From assembly GCA_001179505.1 (NCBI GenBank), contig CDMY01000300.1, positions 62,001 through 126,000 of the forward strand: DNA of 64,000 bases. Direction: 5' to 3'. This stretch comes from Vitrella brassicaformis CCMP3155 (taxonomy: Eukaryota > Protista > Chromerida). The notes under the pieces are model-generated. The model was given only the letters and a program-made list of their open reading frames with translations, was not told the origin of the DNA and ran no database searches. Each line of letters begins with the position of its first letter. Position 1 is the stretch's first letter. The position numbers and the translations under genes are program-made. Shown one piece after another: positions 45,301 to 56,646 of this stretch.

Positions 45301-47707
45301 AGCAGGCCGCGAGACGCATCACCACACATATGCTCCCGGCACTCGGGTCGTCATTGGCTCTGGAGGTGACGTCAAGCGCGTGTTGCTGCCATACGAGTCC
45401 AACGTGTTGAAGGTCTCGCTCACGGGGCCGACCAATAGAGACCACCTCACGGCGCTGCGCCAGCAGGTGGAGACGTATCTCACCCAACAAGCGCAGGTGA
45501 CTCAGTTCCGCGTCCAAGTGCGTCAGTCGTGCATACTCGTGTTATTCGACACTTGCGCCGCCCTCGACATGTATGCGAGCCATCTGCTTGCCTTCCTGCA
45601 ACAAAACAGCCTGGGCGGCCGTGTAGAGATTGTGGTGCCTCAGGGGTCGAGCTCAGTCCAGGAAAGTGACGTCGTTATCACGGCGACGGGCCAGGGGGTT
45701 GGAGGGGTGGGTGCGGGGGAGCCTGTCGTGGCCAGTATGCGCCAACTGTCAGACTTTGTTCGGTGCCAGGATACGCACTTAGTTCAGGTACGTGCACACA
45801 CGACGAACAAAAACACCGACGCGCAGCCACTGCTTTGTCCTGCGTTTGTGCACCAACAGGTCAAGTTTTACACCACGGGCGATCCGACCCCTGAAGATCA
45901 TCGGGCATTTCATGACGCCTTCAAGCGACGCACAGACCTCGGTGACGTCATGCACGGGAGCTATCATTTCAGATCGGATGCCGGCTTCCGCAAACCAAAT
46001 GGACACGTGAGAAAGACACCGAGGCTGATGCATCGTGACGACCAATGGCCATGGATGTGTGTGATCGCAGGGGTACTTGTACTGCAGCAACCAGGCTGCT
46101 GCCCAGGATTTGACGCGTCTCAATCAGCAGAAGGGCGTCATCGGCACGGGACCCGTATTCCTCAAGTACCTCCCGTCCACCACTATGCTGATTCTGCGGT
46201 CCCTCGTGGAGAAGTCAGCGGTGCTCGAGGCCATCAAGCAGCTTGACAGACACCCCAGCATGCCCAGCATGATGCTCAGAGTGCAACGGCACCCGAAAAT
46301 GTGCGTGACGTCAGCCACATACACCGGACACACAGATGAAGACGAACGGCTGTTGTGTGTCCCTTCAGGCTGGGTGTGACGAAGATTCTGATGAGAGGTT
46401 CAGAGGCGGATCGTCAGCTCGCCCGCGACAACATCTTGAGCATCTTTGTCGGAGCCGCCCTCGAGATGACAGCTGCGCGAGGCGGGTTTGAGGCCCTGCA
46501 GTGCATGACCGACAAGGGCTGGGTCGAGAAACACCTGACACCTATCGAGAAGCGATGGGGCGTTAACATCTCTCTGGACTTCCGCAACAGCGTCATCCGT
46601 ATCATCGGCAAGGAACCCGAGAAAACTCATGCATACAGACAGGTAGGTAAACAGGAGTGAGTACAACACGTGGGCTTACACAGAAATGATGTATGTGTAC
46701 CCCCTTCCCGCTTAGCTGGAGGCTCTTGTCGATGGTCTTGCCCTGGAGAAGCTGTCGATTGGCAACCGACGAGTGCGAGGTGCCCTACTCCGCCCACGCA
46801 CTGTGCAGTCGCGTCCCTCTTCCCGGCAGACGGGGCGACAATCTGCTGCCGAGCCCAACATCCCGCATTTGGAGGACTTGCAGCAGCAGCACGGCGTCCA
46901 GATCGTCTTCCTGCCTGCTCGCTGGGCGGAGGGGGGGGAGGCGCGCTTTCGCATCTTTGGCGAGGAGGCCAAGGTGCGAGCCGTCAAGGATCTGCTGGTG
47001 AGGATGGACCAAGAAGCTGCCGATGACCGAGCGGCGGTGAGCACATCGTAACGATAGAGGGAGGGAAGGATGAGTGCCGTGTATCAGTCAGGAGTTGTGG
47101 TTTGCCTTGCTTGTCAGGCGCCGAGCCTTCTTTCGCGTCGTCAGGGGACACGCGTGCCTTTGCCTGAGTGCCCGATTTGTCTGTGTGAGGTCGAAGAGAA
47201 GGAAGCGGGACTGCGCCTCTTCTGTGGACACACATATCACCAGGAATGCCTTGCCAATCAGGTGAACGAGCGTTCTCCGTGCCGTCCGTTCGCCATGTTG
47301 CCTGGAGGCACTGCCTGTCTGTCTGTCTGAGTTGGTCAGATTCAGCAGGCCAAAGAGGGCCAGCTGCCGGTCGTGTGCCACCATGACGGCTGCGGCAAGC
47401 CCATCAGTCTGCCAGAGATCCGCCGAGCGCTCAAAGGCGACAGAGAGCAGATCGAGAGCTTCTTCAAGGCCGCGTCGCAGCACTACATCAACACCAACAG
47501 CAACACGCGCTTCGGCGTGTGCCTGACGACTGATTGTCCGCAGATCTACAGCCTCGAGGACAAAGACACCAAACCCATATTCCGGTGCAATGTCTGCAAG
47601 AGCATCCTCTGCAAGAAATGCGGGACACCCCATGACGAGACGTATGCAAACCAGCCACACACACATACGCACACACAAATGTCGATCCACTGGCGATGCA
47701 TCCCCCC

Positions 47708-47742
<35 letters not shown>

Positions 47743-48083
47743 TAGGTTGACGTGCCAGGAGTTCAAGGTCGATCCCACAGGTGTGTCGAAGTACCTTGCG
47801 ACCGTCCAGAGTGGCGGCAGGCTGTGCCCCAAGTGTGGGACGGGCATCGAGCGGTCTGAGGGATGCAAATACGTCAGGTGTGTGGTGGATAGACGAGGAG
47901 GGAGGCAAGGAGGGAGGCAAGTGGGCGGCAAGGGGCAGCCAGGGCAGATCTCTGTGTGTGTGTGTGTGTGTGTGCAGATGCCGCTGTGGCACGGAGCTGT
48001 GCATTTTGTGCGGCCATGTGTGCCGAACGAGTCATGAGGAGCATTCGTGCAGAGAGAGTGGATTCGCCTTCCTAAACAGATAG
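42397..48083 (+). CDS. DEAH-box RNA helicase fused to KH/RRM-like regions and a C-terminal RING-IBR-RING (RBR) E3 ligase, DEAH11/12-like; 5' end lost in the gap
   Basis: RLPIYSKR, QTGSGKSTQ, CTQPR|KIAA, IIDE|AHER, TSAT, ISGRTYPI, LLFVP, VHGG, A|TNIAETSLTI, QRAGRSGRTAPG, HA2-like LTPVGQQVAQM; RING1 CPICLCE...CGHTYHQEC; IBR CLTTDC...CNVCKSILCKKCGTPH; RING2 CPKCGTGIERSEGC. Confidence 0.93.
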
Positions 48084-48571
48084 GGTAAACAGATGGACAG
48101 ACGCATCAGAAGATTTTCCTGCTGAGTAGACAGATTTTTGTGCTGGTTTTTTTTTTCCGTCTACATACGTACGTACATATGTACATGTATGTATGTGTGC
48201 ATGTGTTGTAATCCACACACTAGTTCTGTGTCGCGTGTTATATGCCTTCACGAGTTTGTGTCGTCTTGGATGGCTTCGAACGGATTGATTGCAATAAGGC
48301 GATGCTAGCTAGCAGTCTCTCATAAGTTGGTCGGGCCAACAGGACCGTCCAGACCGTCATTTATGCTATGCAAGCCAGTCGTATTCGGATGAACGTGAGC
48401 AAGCATTCTCAGATGCACTTTGTTTCCTCTGTGAGGTTCAGTCACCATACACAAAGAACTGCACTGTACTGTACAGGAAGGAAGGAGGCCCAGGGACAAA
48501 ATCGCTGCTCCATGCCATGCCATGCAACCAACAGTAAAACATCCACTTGCATCAAAAACTACTTGACGCAT

Positions 48572-50448
48572 TCACTTCGTCTTCACCCACGCCTTCAGCA
48601 CGCCTTCGATCTTATCTGCAACACACACACACACACCGCACACGAACTTGCGCTCCGGTCAGCGAGGCTCCCTACACCGTGTTTGCGTACCGAGCGCCAG
48701 CTGGATGTCTTCGCTGCTGATGTGATAATACGTGACTGCGCGGATCACATCACCGTGGATGGGCATCACTTTGACGGACACCCCCGTGCCGTTGTCCACC
48801 CCATTCGTCGCCTCAGGCCCTTTGCCGTACTCAATCGGTTGAGCGACGCGGCCGTCAGTCAGCTCATGTGCGTCGCTGGTGCTCAGCAGAAGCTCACACA
48901 GCTTTGCAGCAGATATCTGGGTTGTCCTGAGACAACGGACAGAAAACACGCTGACCTTGCTGTTCATGTGTTGTGTCTCTGATGCATCCGTCCATCTTGC
49001 CTGAACATGACAATATTCGTCTCCACCGCCCCCTCGACCGACACGCCGTAAGAGGACATCCTGGACAAACCGTCCGCCAGCATTTTTGCATTGGCGTGGT
49101 CCTCGTGCAGCCGTGCGGGCATCTTCGTGAGTGAAATGAGACCAGGGGCAGCCAGCACCTACAGAAGGAAGACTCGCACAGTCAACGAAGCACGACAGAG
49201 CAGTAGTGTCAGCGTTGCTATCTATCCCTGCTCACCCCAGCCTGTCGCATGCCGCCCCCGAGCGCCTTCCGCAGCCTTTTACATCGCTGGATGAAGTCCT
49301 TGCTGCCAACAACCACCGCTCCCGTCGGGCTGCCCAGCCCCTTGCTCATACATGCGCTCACACTATCAGCATGCTTGCAGAGATCGGCGACCGACACCCC
49401 AAGCTGCACACACAAGCGGCACATTCGCCGCAAACGGCTGGGATTAGACCCTGTGTGCCTACCGCCACTGCGGCATTCATGATCCGTGCGCCATCGACGT
49501 GGACCTTCAATCTGACCACAGCCACAGACACACAACACACACTCAGCGTGTGGTCATCTGCCTCGCTCACTGTGTCTGTCTTCGGAAGCCTACCTACCCA
49601 TGTTTCTTGGCGATTTGATGCACTTGTTGCATGTAGGCCACTGTAAGGACGCGGCCGCCACACTTGTTGTGGGTGTTTTCCAGACAGATCTATCAGACAG
49701 ACACAGACAATCCGCCGTATATACAGCCAGCCACCGGCGTGTCTGCCAAAGGTAGATTGGGAGGTATGTGAGTAAAGCCCACCAGTCGTGTTATCGGGTA
49801 GTGCAGATTGTCCGTCCTGATGCCCGCCTGCAGACAGACCACACCAAGGAGCCATCCACAGCCGTCCCTACAGGCAGGTGCTGCTGCAGATGTCATGTGT
49901 GTGTGTCCACACCTCTAGCGCGTCGAGGCAGAGTGTGCCGTCAGGGAGGTTGGGCACTGTCCGCGGGTGCACACCCAGAAGTGACGAGATGTTGCCTTGC
50001 TCGTATACTGCTATCAATCAATGATCGACCCGCACACACACAGACAGACGGACAGGCATTGGTGTCGCCTGATTGTGTGTTAATTTCACGTGCGTGCCGA
50101 CCGTGTATGTGGCACAAGTTGCCCAGCAGCACCTCCTCGCCTCTCCCAGTGCAGTGCGCGCCCACACAAACCAAATTCCCCTGCACACGTACGGCAACAG
50201 ATACAGACAGCGAAAAGAGCCAGAGTCGGGATACTGACAGCGATACCCCAGCCTAGCCTTACCATGCAGCCAGACGGCACGAACAACGAGTCCTCCTTCC
50301 CGAACAGTGCAGCCGCTGTTGCTTGCAAATGATGAACCGTCGGATCCTCGTCCCAGACATCGTCACCGACGACTGCCGAGTACATGGCCTCTCGCATCTC
50401 CTGCGTCGGCTGTGTGAAGGTGTCGGACCGCAGATCTATCACCTTCAT
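48572..50448 (-). CDS. LTA1: Low-specificity L-threonine aldolase
   Basis: [69 protein letters not shown] (PLP lysine), [33 protein letters not shown]; ends KAWVKTK*. Confidence 0.95.
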
Positions 50449-50785
50449 CGTCAGCCACTCCTTTCCACAACAGATGGGTGGCTTTCACGGTTTGTCCGAA
50501 ACATGCACAGTCAAAACAAAATGGCATGGATCACACGGCAAAAGGCCTGTCCGACTGCTCATCCCCAGGGCTCGTCCACCCCGCAAGTATTCGCAGCAAG
50601 TGCGCATGTGCCCCTGTGTCCCACTCAAGTCTGTTGAGAGGCAGCAGGCACCAAGCAAGGCAATAAAAAAGATGCTGCGATGTGCGACACAGTCGAGTAG
50701 CGTAGCACAAGAAAAGACAAGGCGAGAGACAAAGCAAGAGGAAGCAAGAAACCGCACTGTGTGATGATATGGCAACAGCAACGGG

Positions 50786-52953
50786 TCACCAGGAGTACCC
50801 CAGCTCCTCTTTCCGCTTCAGGTACATCGCAAACCTGACCGATGGATGGACCCAACATACACACAATCAGCGGTGTAGATATTCCAGCGTCAGGCAATGT
50901 CCAGTTGATTTCATCAGTCTTCTTAAGATACCTGGCTTGAGCATACGCGAGGAAATCAAAGGACATGTCGGACGGCTGTGGGTCGTCCATGAGACACTCG
51001 CCCGCCCTCCCGTCTTCAAGAGCAACAGGACTGCACGATGTATCCCCAAACAGACAGAAGGCCCTCCCCACCCCCCACAGGCCCCACAACAGATTCGACG
51101 CTAAGCAAAATCCCTCCACCTGACACAACAGACACACATATACACAGATACTGGCACATGCAGTGCGAGTGCCATTCACCTGTTGAAGGAAGGGGTCGAT
51201 CATGCTGATGTCCTCGGGCAGGATTGGGCTGCCGAGCAGCTCAGACAGGTAGACGCTGGCGAAGAGGCGGCGCCGCTTGATGCATGGGTATGCCTCAGTG
51301 GTGACACTAAAGCAGGGCGGCTGTGTGACGCAGTAGTCAATTGTCGCCTCGGTGAATATGTTGGCAATGTCGAAGGCAGCATAGTTGTAATCCGAATACT
51401 CGAAATCAATCAAGCGGATGCCCTCGCTCGTCTGCACCAAGGAAGCGGCATATATGGGAAAGCTAAGGCGCCTGTGTGTGTCTGCCCATGCTGTGTATCG
51501 ACTCACCTTCATGATGTTGTTCTCTTGGCAGTCGTTGTGGCAGAAGACAATCGCGCGGGCGGCCAGCATGGCCCTCTCGGTGAGTGAGCTGGCCTCTGGC
51601 GGCTCGTCTGCCTGCTGGATGACGTCTGAGTTGAGAAATGACTCCACCTCTGACGCTATCTGAGGCAGATTCAGGGCCTGACGAAGCACAACGACAAGGA
51701 GCACTTCCACGTTTGGGACGGCGGCACCAGCTTCGAATGTCGCTTACCGCCAGTTGTTGCTGCTGGGCTTCAGAGGGGAAGCTGGCCTCCAGACTCAGCT
51801 GCAGACACAAAATGGGAAGGAACACACAAACATGCACTGCACTCGCCATTGCCTTCTCATTCGTGTGCTATGTATGTCGCCCCACCTTCATCCACTGTCT
51901 GAGCTTGACCGGCAGACACGGCCGCCTCACAATGCCGCACACATCACTGGCACCAAGAGCCAGACGATGCAGGCGGGCAATCTGATACACAAGGCACAAG
52001 AAGCAGCGCCTTATGGGTCGTCAGCGTGATGTCATGTCTGCAGTGTTACTTACTTGTGTGGCGACGCCCGCCAGCTCAGGTGGACACTGGAGTTCCTGTA
52101 CGAGTAGAGGTCTGCCCCACACCCACTCCTCTATCCGACCACCCTGCAGGACACACCAACCACACCGACACAATACAGCCAACAAGCCCTCCAGCCATCC
52201 CATCCCATCATTCTCTGTCTTGTCTGTCCCCTCCCCACCTGGAAGTTGGCGATCATTTTGGGCGCCATGTTCCTCTGCCCGAGTGCCCGGAACACGTCCA
52301 GCTCGAAGCGCGAGTCATAGAACTTGGAGTTGTCCCCATAGACGCGGAACAGCACTTGCTGATGCACCAGTGGGCTGGATGCATCTCTCGGCACACTAGG
52401 GCTGGTGGTGGTGCCGGTGACGGCCGAAAAAGACTCGGACGACTTGCACCGTCTGCAGGATGGCTTTGGTGTCCCGACGGCCACGCGGAAGAGCTGGTTG
52501 GTCAGGCCGGCCTCTATCTGCTCTATCTCTATGTGGTGAGGCGCGATGGCCTCCTGACAAACAAGACAGACAACAAAACACGAACAAATTGAACACGAAA
52601 CGGTAGAGACCAGCCCGTCAGCGTCTGCATCTTTGTGTGTCGATTGTGCTCACCCATCCCGGGACGTTGAGGATGCATATGACGCGTATGGTGGAGGGCT
52701 TCGATAGCATCCTGATCCGCCTCCTCGTGCGGGGCGATATGTCATCGTCTGGCAGGCTGTGGTGTGGAGAATGATGCTGCTGGTCTTCTCCGATGAGGCT
52801 GATGACGAGCTCCTCTTCGACAGACAGCCCTTGGCCCGCCTCCTCCGCCTCAGTGGTGACAGACGAAGCGTCAAAGGGGAGCGGCTGAAGGAAGAGCTTC
52901 CTGCGGCTGGTGTCAGCTGCTTCAGCCTCATGGGACGACAGAAACGTGTCCAT
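50786..52953 (-). CDS. Choline/ethanolamine kinase
   Basis: IEAGLTNQLFRV, VLFRVYG, GGRIEEW, Brenner motif VFCHNDCQENNI, IRLIDFEYSDYNYAAFDIAN, ASNLLWGLWG, FDFLAYAQAR; ends ELGYSW*. Confidence 0.95.
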
Positions 52954-53151
52954 GGTGGAGGGAGAGGAAGAGGCCCCTTTTCCCCTTCTTCCAGGGAACT
53001 AAGCTCGCAGTGAGAGGCTAGGGCGCTACTTAAAACGCGCGATCGGCCTGCGGATCTCTCCCTTTCCCTCCCCTCCTCTGCCGTGGCTACATTCGTCTCG
53101 CAGCGGGTGATTTTGTTGTTGATCTTGCGTCAAATTGAAAGCAGTCTCACA
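52954..53151. promoter_or_regulatory. Putative bidirectional promoter choline kinase / Nudix-RWD-ART gene
   Basis: 198 bp between divergent ATGs; contains CTAAGCTCGC at 52999-53008. Confidence 0.5.
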
Positions 53152-56076
53152 ATGGCAGTGAGTCTCTCGAGCGGTGAGCTCATTGACATTGTGGATCATG
53201 ACAATAGCGTCATCAGCACCGCCACGAGAAGGGAGATGAGATGTGACAATCTTCTGCACAGGTCATTTCATGAGAGACCGAACAGACTCTGCCTGCCGTC
53301 TTCCCGTCGTGTGCCGTCCTCCCTTGCTGCTGCAGGTCGACTGCGTGTGTTGTGTTGGATACGACGCTGAAGAGCCTCTTCATCCACAAGCGGACGAGCG
53401 TAAAAGACTATTTTCCCTCTCACTTTGACGTGAGCTTTGGCGGTGTGGTTGCTGCCGGGGAGTCGTATGAAGACAATGTCGTCCGAGAGATCAAGTAGGG
53501 ATGAGGCTTTCACGGATCAAGGTGGAACACAGTGAGTAGGTGACACTCGCAGGGACTGTGTTTCTCTGTCTATCTGCCTGTCTGTGTCCTTTGTGTCTGT
53601 CGTGTCTGAGTAGGGAGGAGGCCGGCATTGAAGGCGCCAAGCTGCACCAGCTGACGACAGTCTATCACGAGGACGACAGGGCGAGGGTGTTCACTTGTAT
53701 CTTCCTCACCGTCTTTGCCGGCGACGTGACCGACCTCATTGCCCAGCCTGAGGAGGTCGAGTACATCGAGAAGGTGGCTGTCGAGGAGGTGCAGAGGCGG
53801 ATCGACAGCGGCGTCCCCTTTACTGGCGATGCGAAACGAGTGTTCGCAACCGTTCGCCAGTTCCTACAGAGCGCTGAAGCAATCGAGGTGCTCGAGGGAC
53901 TGGCTGAAGCAGACGTCGGTAATCCTGTTGTCGATGAGCTAGACGACTGGGAGGACGGGCTGACAGCCGCCATAGAGCAGGTGGAGCGCATCGTCACACC
54001 CTGTAATGAAGAGCTGGAGAGCACCAGGGCGGAGGAGATCTTGGCTCTCAAGGACATCTATGGTGACGATTTTGTGGCGCTGTCGAATGACTTGATCTTC
54101 ATCAAACTGCGGCCGCTGGCCCTCACACACGAGCACGGCGACGAGCACGGCGTGATAGCGTCGCTGATGATTCTGCTGACGTCCAAGTACCCCTTCCGCT
54201 GTCCAGTATTCGAAATCGACTCCGACAAGCTCACTCTCGCGCAGGCCGATTCGCTGTGGGGGCTGCTCGAGAGGGAGGCAGGGCGGCTGATTGGAGGCGT
54301 CATGCTGCACGAGCTGGTGTCTGTCGCCACTCACTTCATCAGCGAGGTGATTGAGGAGGAGAGGCGAAGGGCAGAGGAAGCTGACCGCAAACAAAAGCAA
54401 GAGGCGGACGAAGCGGTACGTATGTACGCAAAGGACAAACGGACGGACGGACGGAGAAAAGGAATGTGCGTTGTCCAGATCATCCACTATGATCACTCAC
54501 TGCTCATGTGTGTGCGGTGCGTCTTGGCGCTGCAGGCTGTCTTCGAGGGCAGCGGTCACGAGCACATCAACCTGTCTCCTGCCCACGCCACTCTTCCGTC
54601 AGCTCCATCGATCTTCAAGTACTCACCTCAGCGGTATGTGTGCCTGTCTACCGTGCTCAAGCAGCTCCCACCACACCAAAAGGTGGTTCATGTGGAGACC
54701 ATACTCAGAGATGACCACGCCAGACGGGTAGATAGGGTAGACAGAGAAATGAAATGAAGGCCGGGCCGCACAGCTGTGTGTGTGTTTGGTTCCTGTCCGC
54801 CTGCATTGTCCTCTGTGTGTATGAATAATGAATGAGTGCAGTTTGAACGTGAGCAACAACGGCTTGAGGAGAAGTTTAGTGGCCAGCCGGTGGGGCACTG
54901 GACGTACCACCCCACAAAGGTATATTGTGCCTTCCATGGTACGAGCTACGGGCGGGTCAGGAGCATCGTCAGGAGGGGCTTGCTGGTGCCAGGTCGGTAT
55001 GCTCACTCGTGTGTGCGACGATTAAGGACACCAACCTGCGGCCAAACGACACGTGCGTCCTGTGCTGTGGTCCGCTTGTGCAGGCAGCGCCAATGACGTG
55101 ACCCACAAGACCGACGAAGGCTTTTACGGGCGTGGTGCGCATCCACCTGTGGGGCGGGGGCATTTGTCTCACTCACTCACCTGTTGGCGGTGAATCCTAT
55201 CATGCTTTTGTACGTGTGTGGTCTGCCCAGGTATATATCTGTCGCCGAGCGCCTCGGTGTCGTTCGGCTACTGCGGTGCTGAGGGCCGTCTGTTAGTGTG
55301 TGCGGTGCTGCTTGGGCGTCCATACCGGTGTCACCACACGATTCTGGGAGGCACCAAGGTAGAGGGTTTTGACACCCACATGTCAGCCAATGAACAAGAA
55401 TGGATCTTCTTCACTCCCGATACAGTAAGGCAGGCAGGAAGGCAGTCAGTCGGTCAGTGAGTGGGTCTCTATGTATGCTGGTGTGAGTTCAGGTGCTGCC
55501 GGTGTATGTCATTCGTGTGTGTGACGGTATGGACCGAGCCGTCCCATCCTATGCGCCCAAGCCGCCCCCACTGGCTGCCCTCCTCAATGATGGCATCACA
55601 GGGGTAGACTCGCTGCCCACCAAGGGAAAAGGTACGTGCAATGCGTGACCACCAACTCACTCCTAGCACAATGACACCTGTCTAGTGGTTCCCGTTACAG
55701 ATCCTGGCGCACGCAAGACGGCCCAAGAGCGGCTCCTGGCTCGAGCCAGGAAGGTACGAATGTCAGCTGAGCTGCAGGGGGGTCTCTCCTTCATGTTTCT
55801 GTTTTGTGTGTGTGTGTGTGTTTGACATCCAGTTCCTGCCGTACGGTTACGGGCCAGGTGGAGAGAAAATGATTGTTGAGGCAGCGGGGGAGATCGATGA
55901 CGATGAGTACATATCGATGAACATGCAATTGAGAAAAGGCCCCACTCACCGTGTCGTGTGTTGTCTCTATCAGGGAAGATTATTGGCCCGACCGAGAAAT
56001 GAATGGCCCTCACCTTGGTGATGAGTTTCAGGCTGCACGTGAGCAGTCTGGTGGAGCGGGGAGCTCAGGGGAGTAA
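53152..56076 (+). CDS. Nudix hydrolase (YfcD-like) + RWD + PARP-like ADP-ribosyltransferase fusion protein
   Basis: ELIDIVDHDNSVISTATRREMRCDNLLHR|STACVV...HKRTSVKDYFPSHFDVSFGGVVAAGESYEDNVVREIK|EEAGI (full Nudix box); RWD EEILALKDIYGDD...TSKYPFRCP...LIGGVMLHELV; ART AFHGTS, FYGRG|IYLSP, LLVCAVLLG, NEQEWIF, VLPVYVI; tail FLPYGYGP...DDDE|EDYW...DEFQAAR...*. Confidence 0.85.
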
Positions 56077-56646
56077 TTGCTATGCGTCAGCTGGGGTGTG
56101 GTGGTCGGTGGGGAGTCTGCTGTACTGCGAGATATATACAACTTGGTGTGCCCTGCCTGACCTGAGCACTTCTTGTTAATGCATTCAATGCATGATGAAT
56201 GTGTCGGTGTGCCTCGGGATGCACATGTCCACCGAACGTGCACCGACACGACACACACAGCATGCATGATGGATGCAACCAACACACCTCTCTCCTAGCT
56301 TAGCTTAGCTTAGTGTACCATTATTTACACCACACCCTCCAGCCAGACAGGCAGACCCGCACCCACCCGCCCTCACTCACCCACCCCACAGATATAAAGC
56401 CAGCCCCCTCAATTGATGCACAAACAAACAGACGTCATGTCATTCAAACGCATCACCAATTGCAGAGAGTACGCACGCATGAACGAACGAACGAGTCATG
56501 GCCAGTCGGTATGGAGCAGCCACCCGTCCATTCATCCATACATGCGCAGCGCCACTTACGACACGTGCATCTACAAAAAAGGCATGTAAAACGACGGAGA
56601 CCTGTCTATGCCCTCCCTCCCTCCCTCCCTCCCCGCCCGGCGATAC

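Noticed and set aside
50625-51710. 361-aa ORF as a complete choline kinase
   Set aside because: Reads through several introns; the real gene is spliced and starts near 52953
48572-52953. Threonine aldolase plus choline kinase as a metabolic operon
   Set aside because: Separate spliced genes with no direct pathway link
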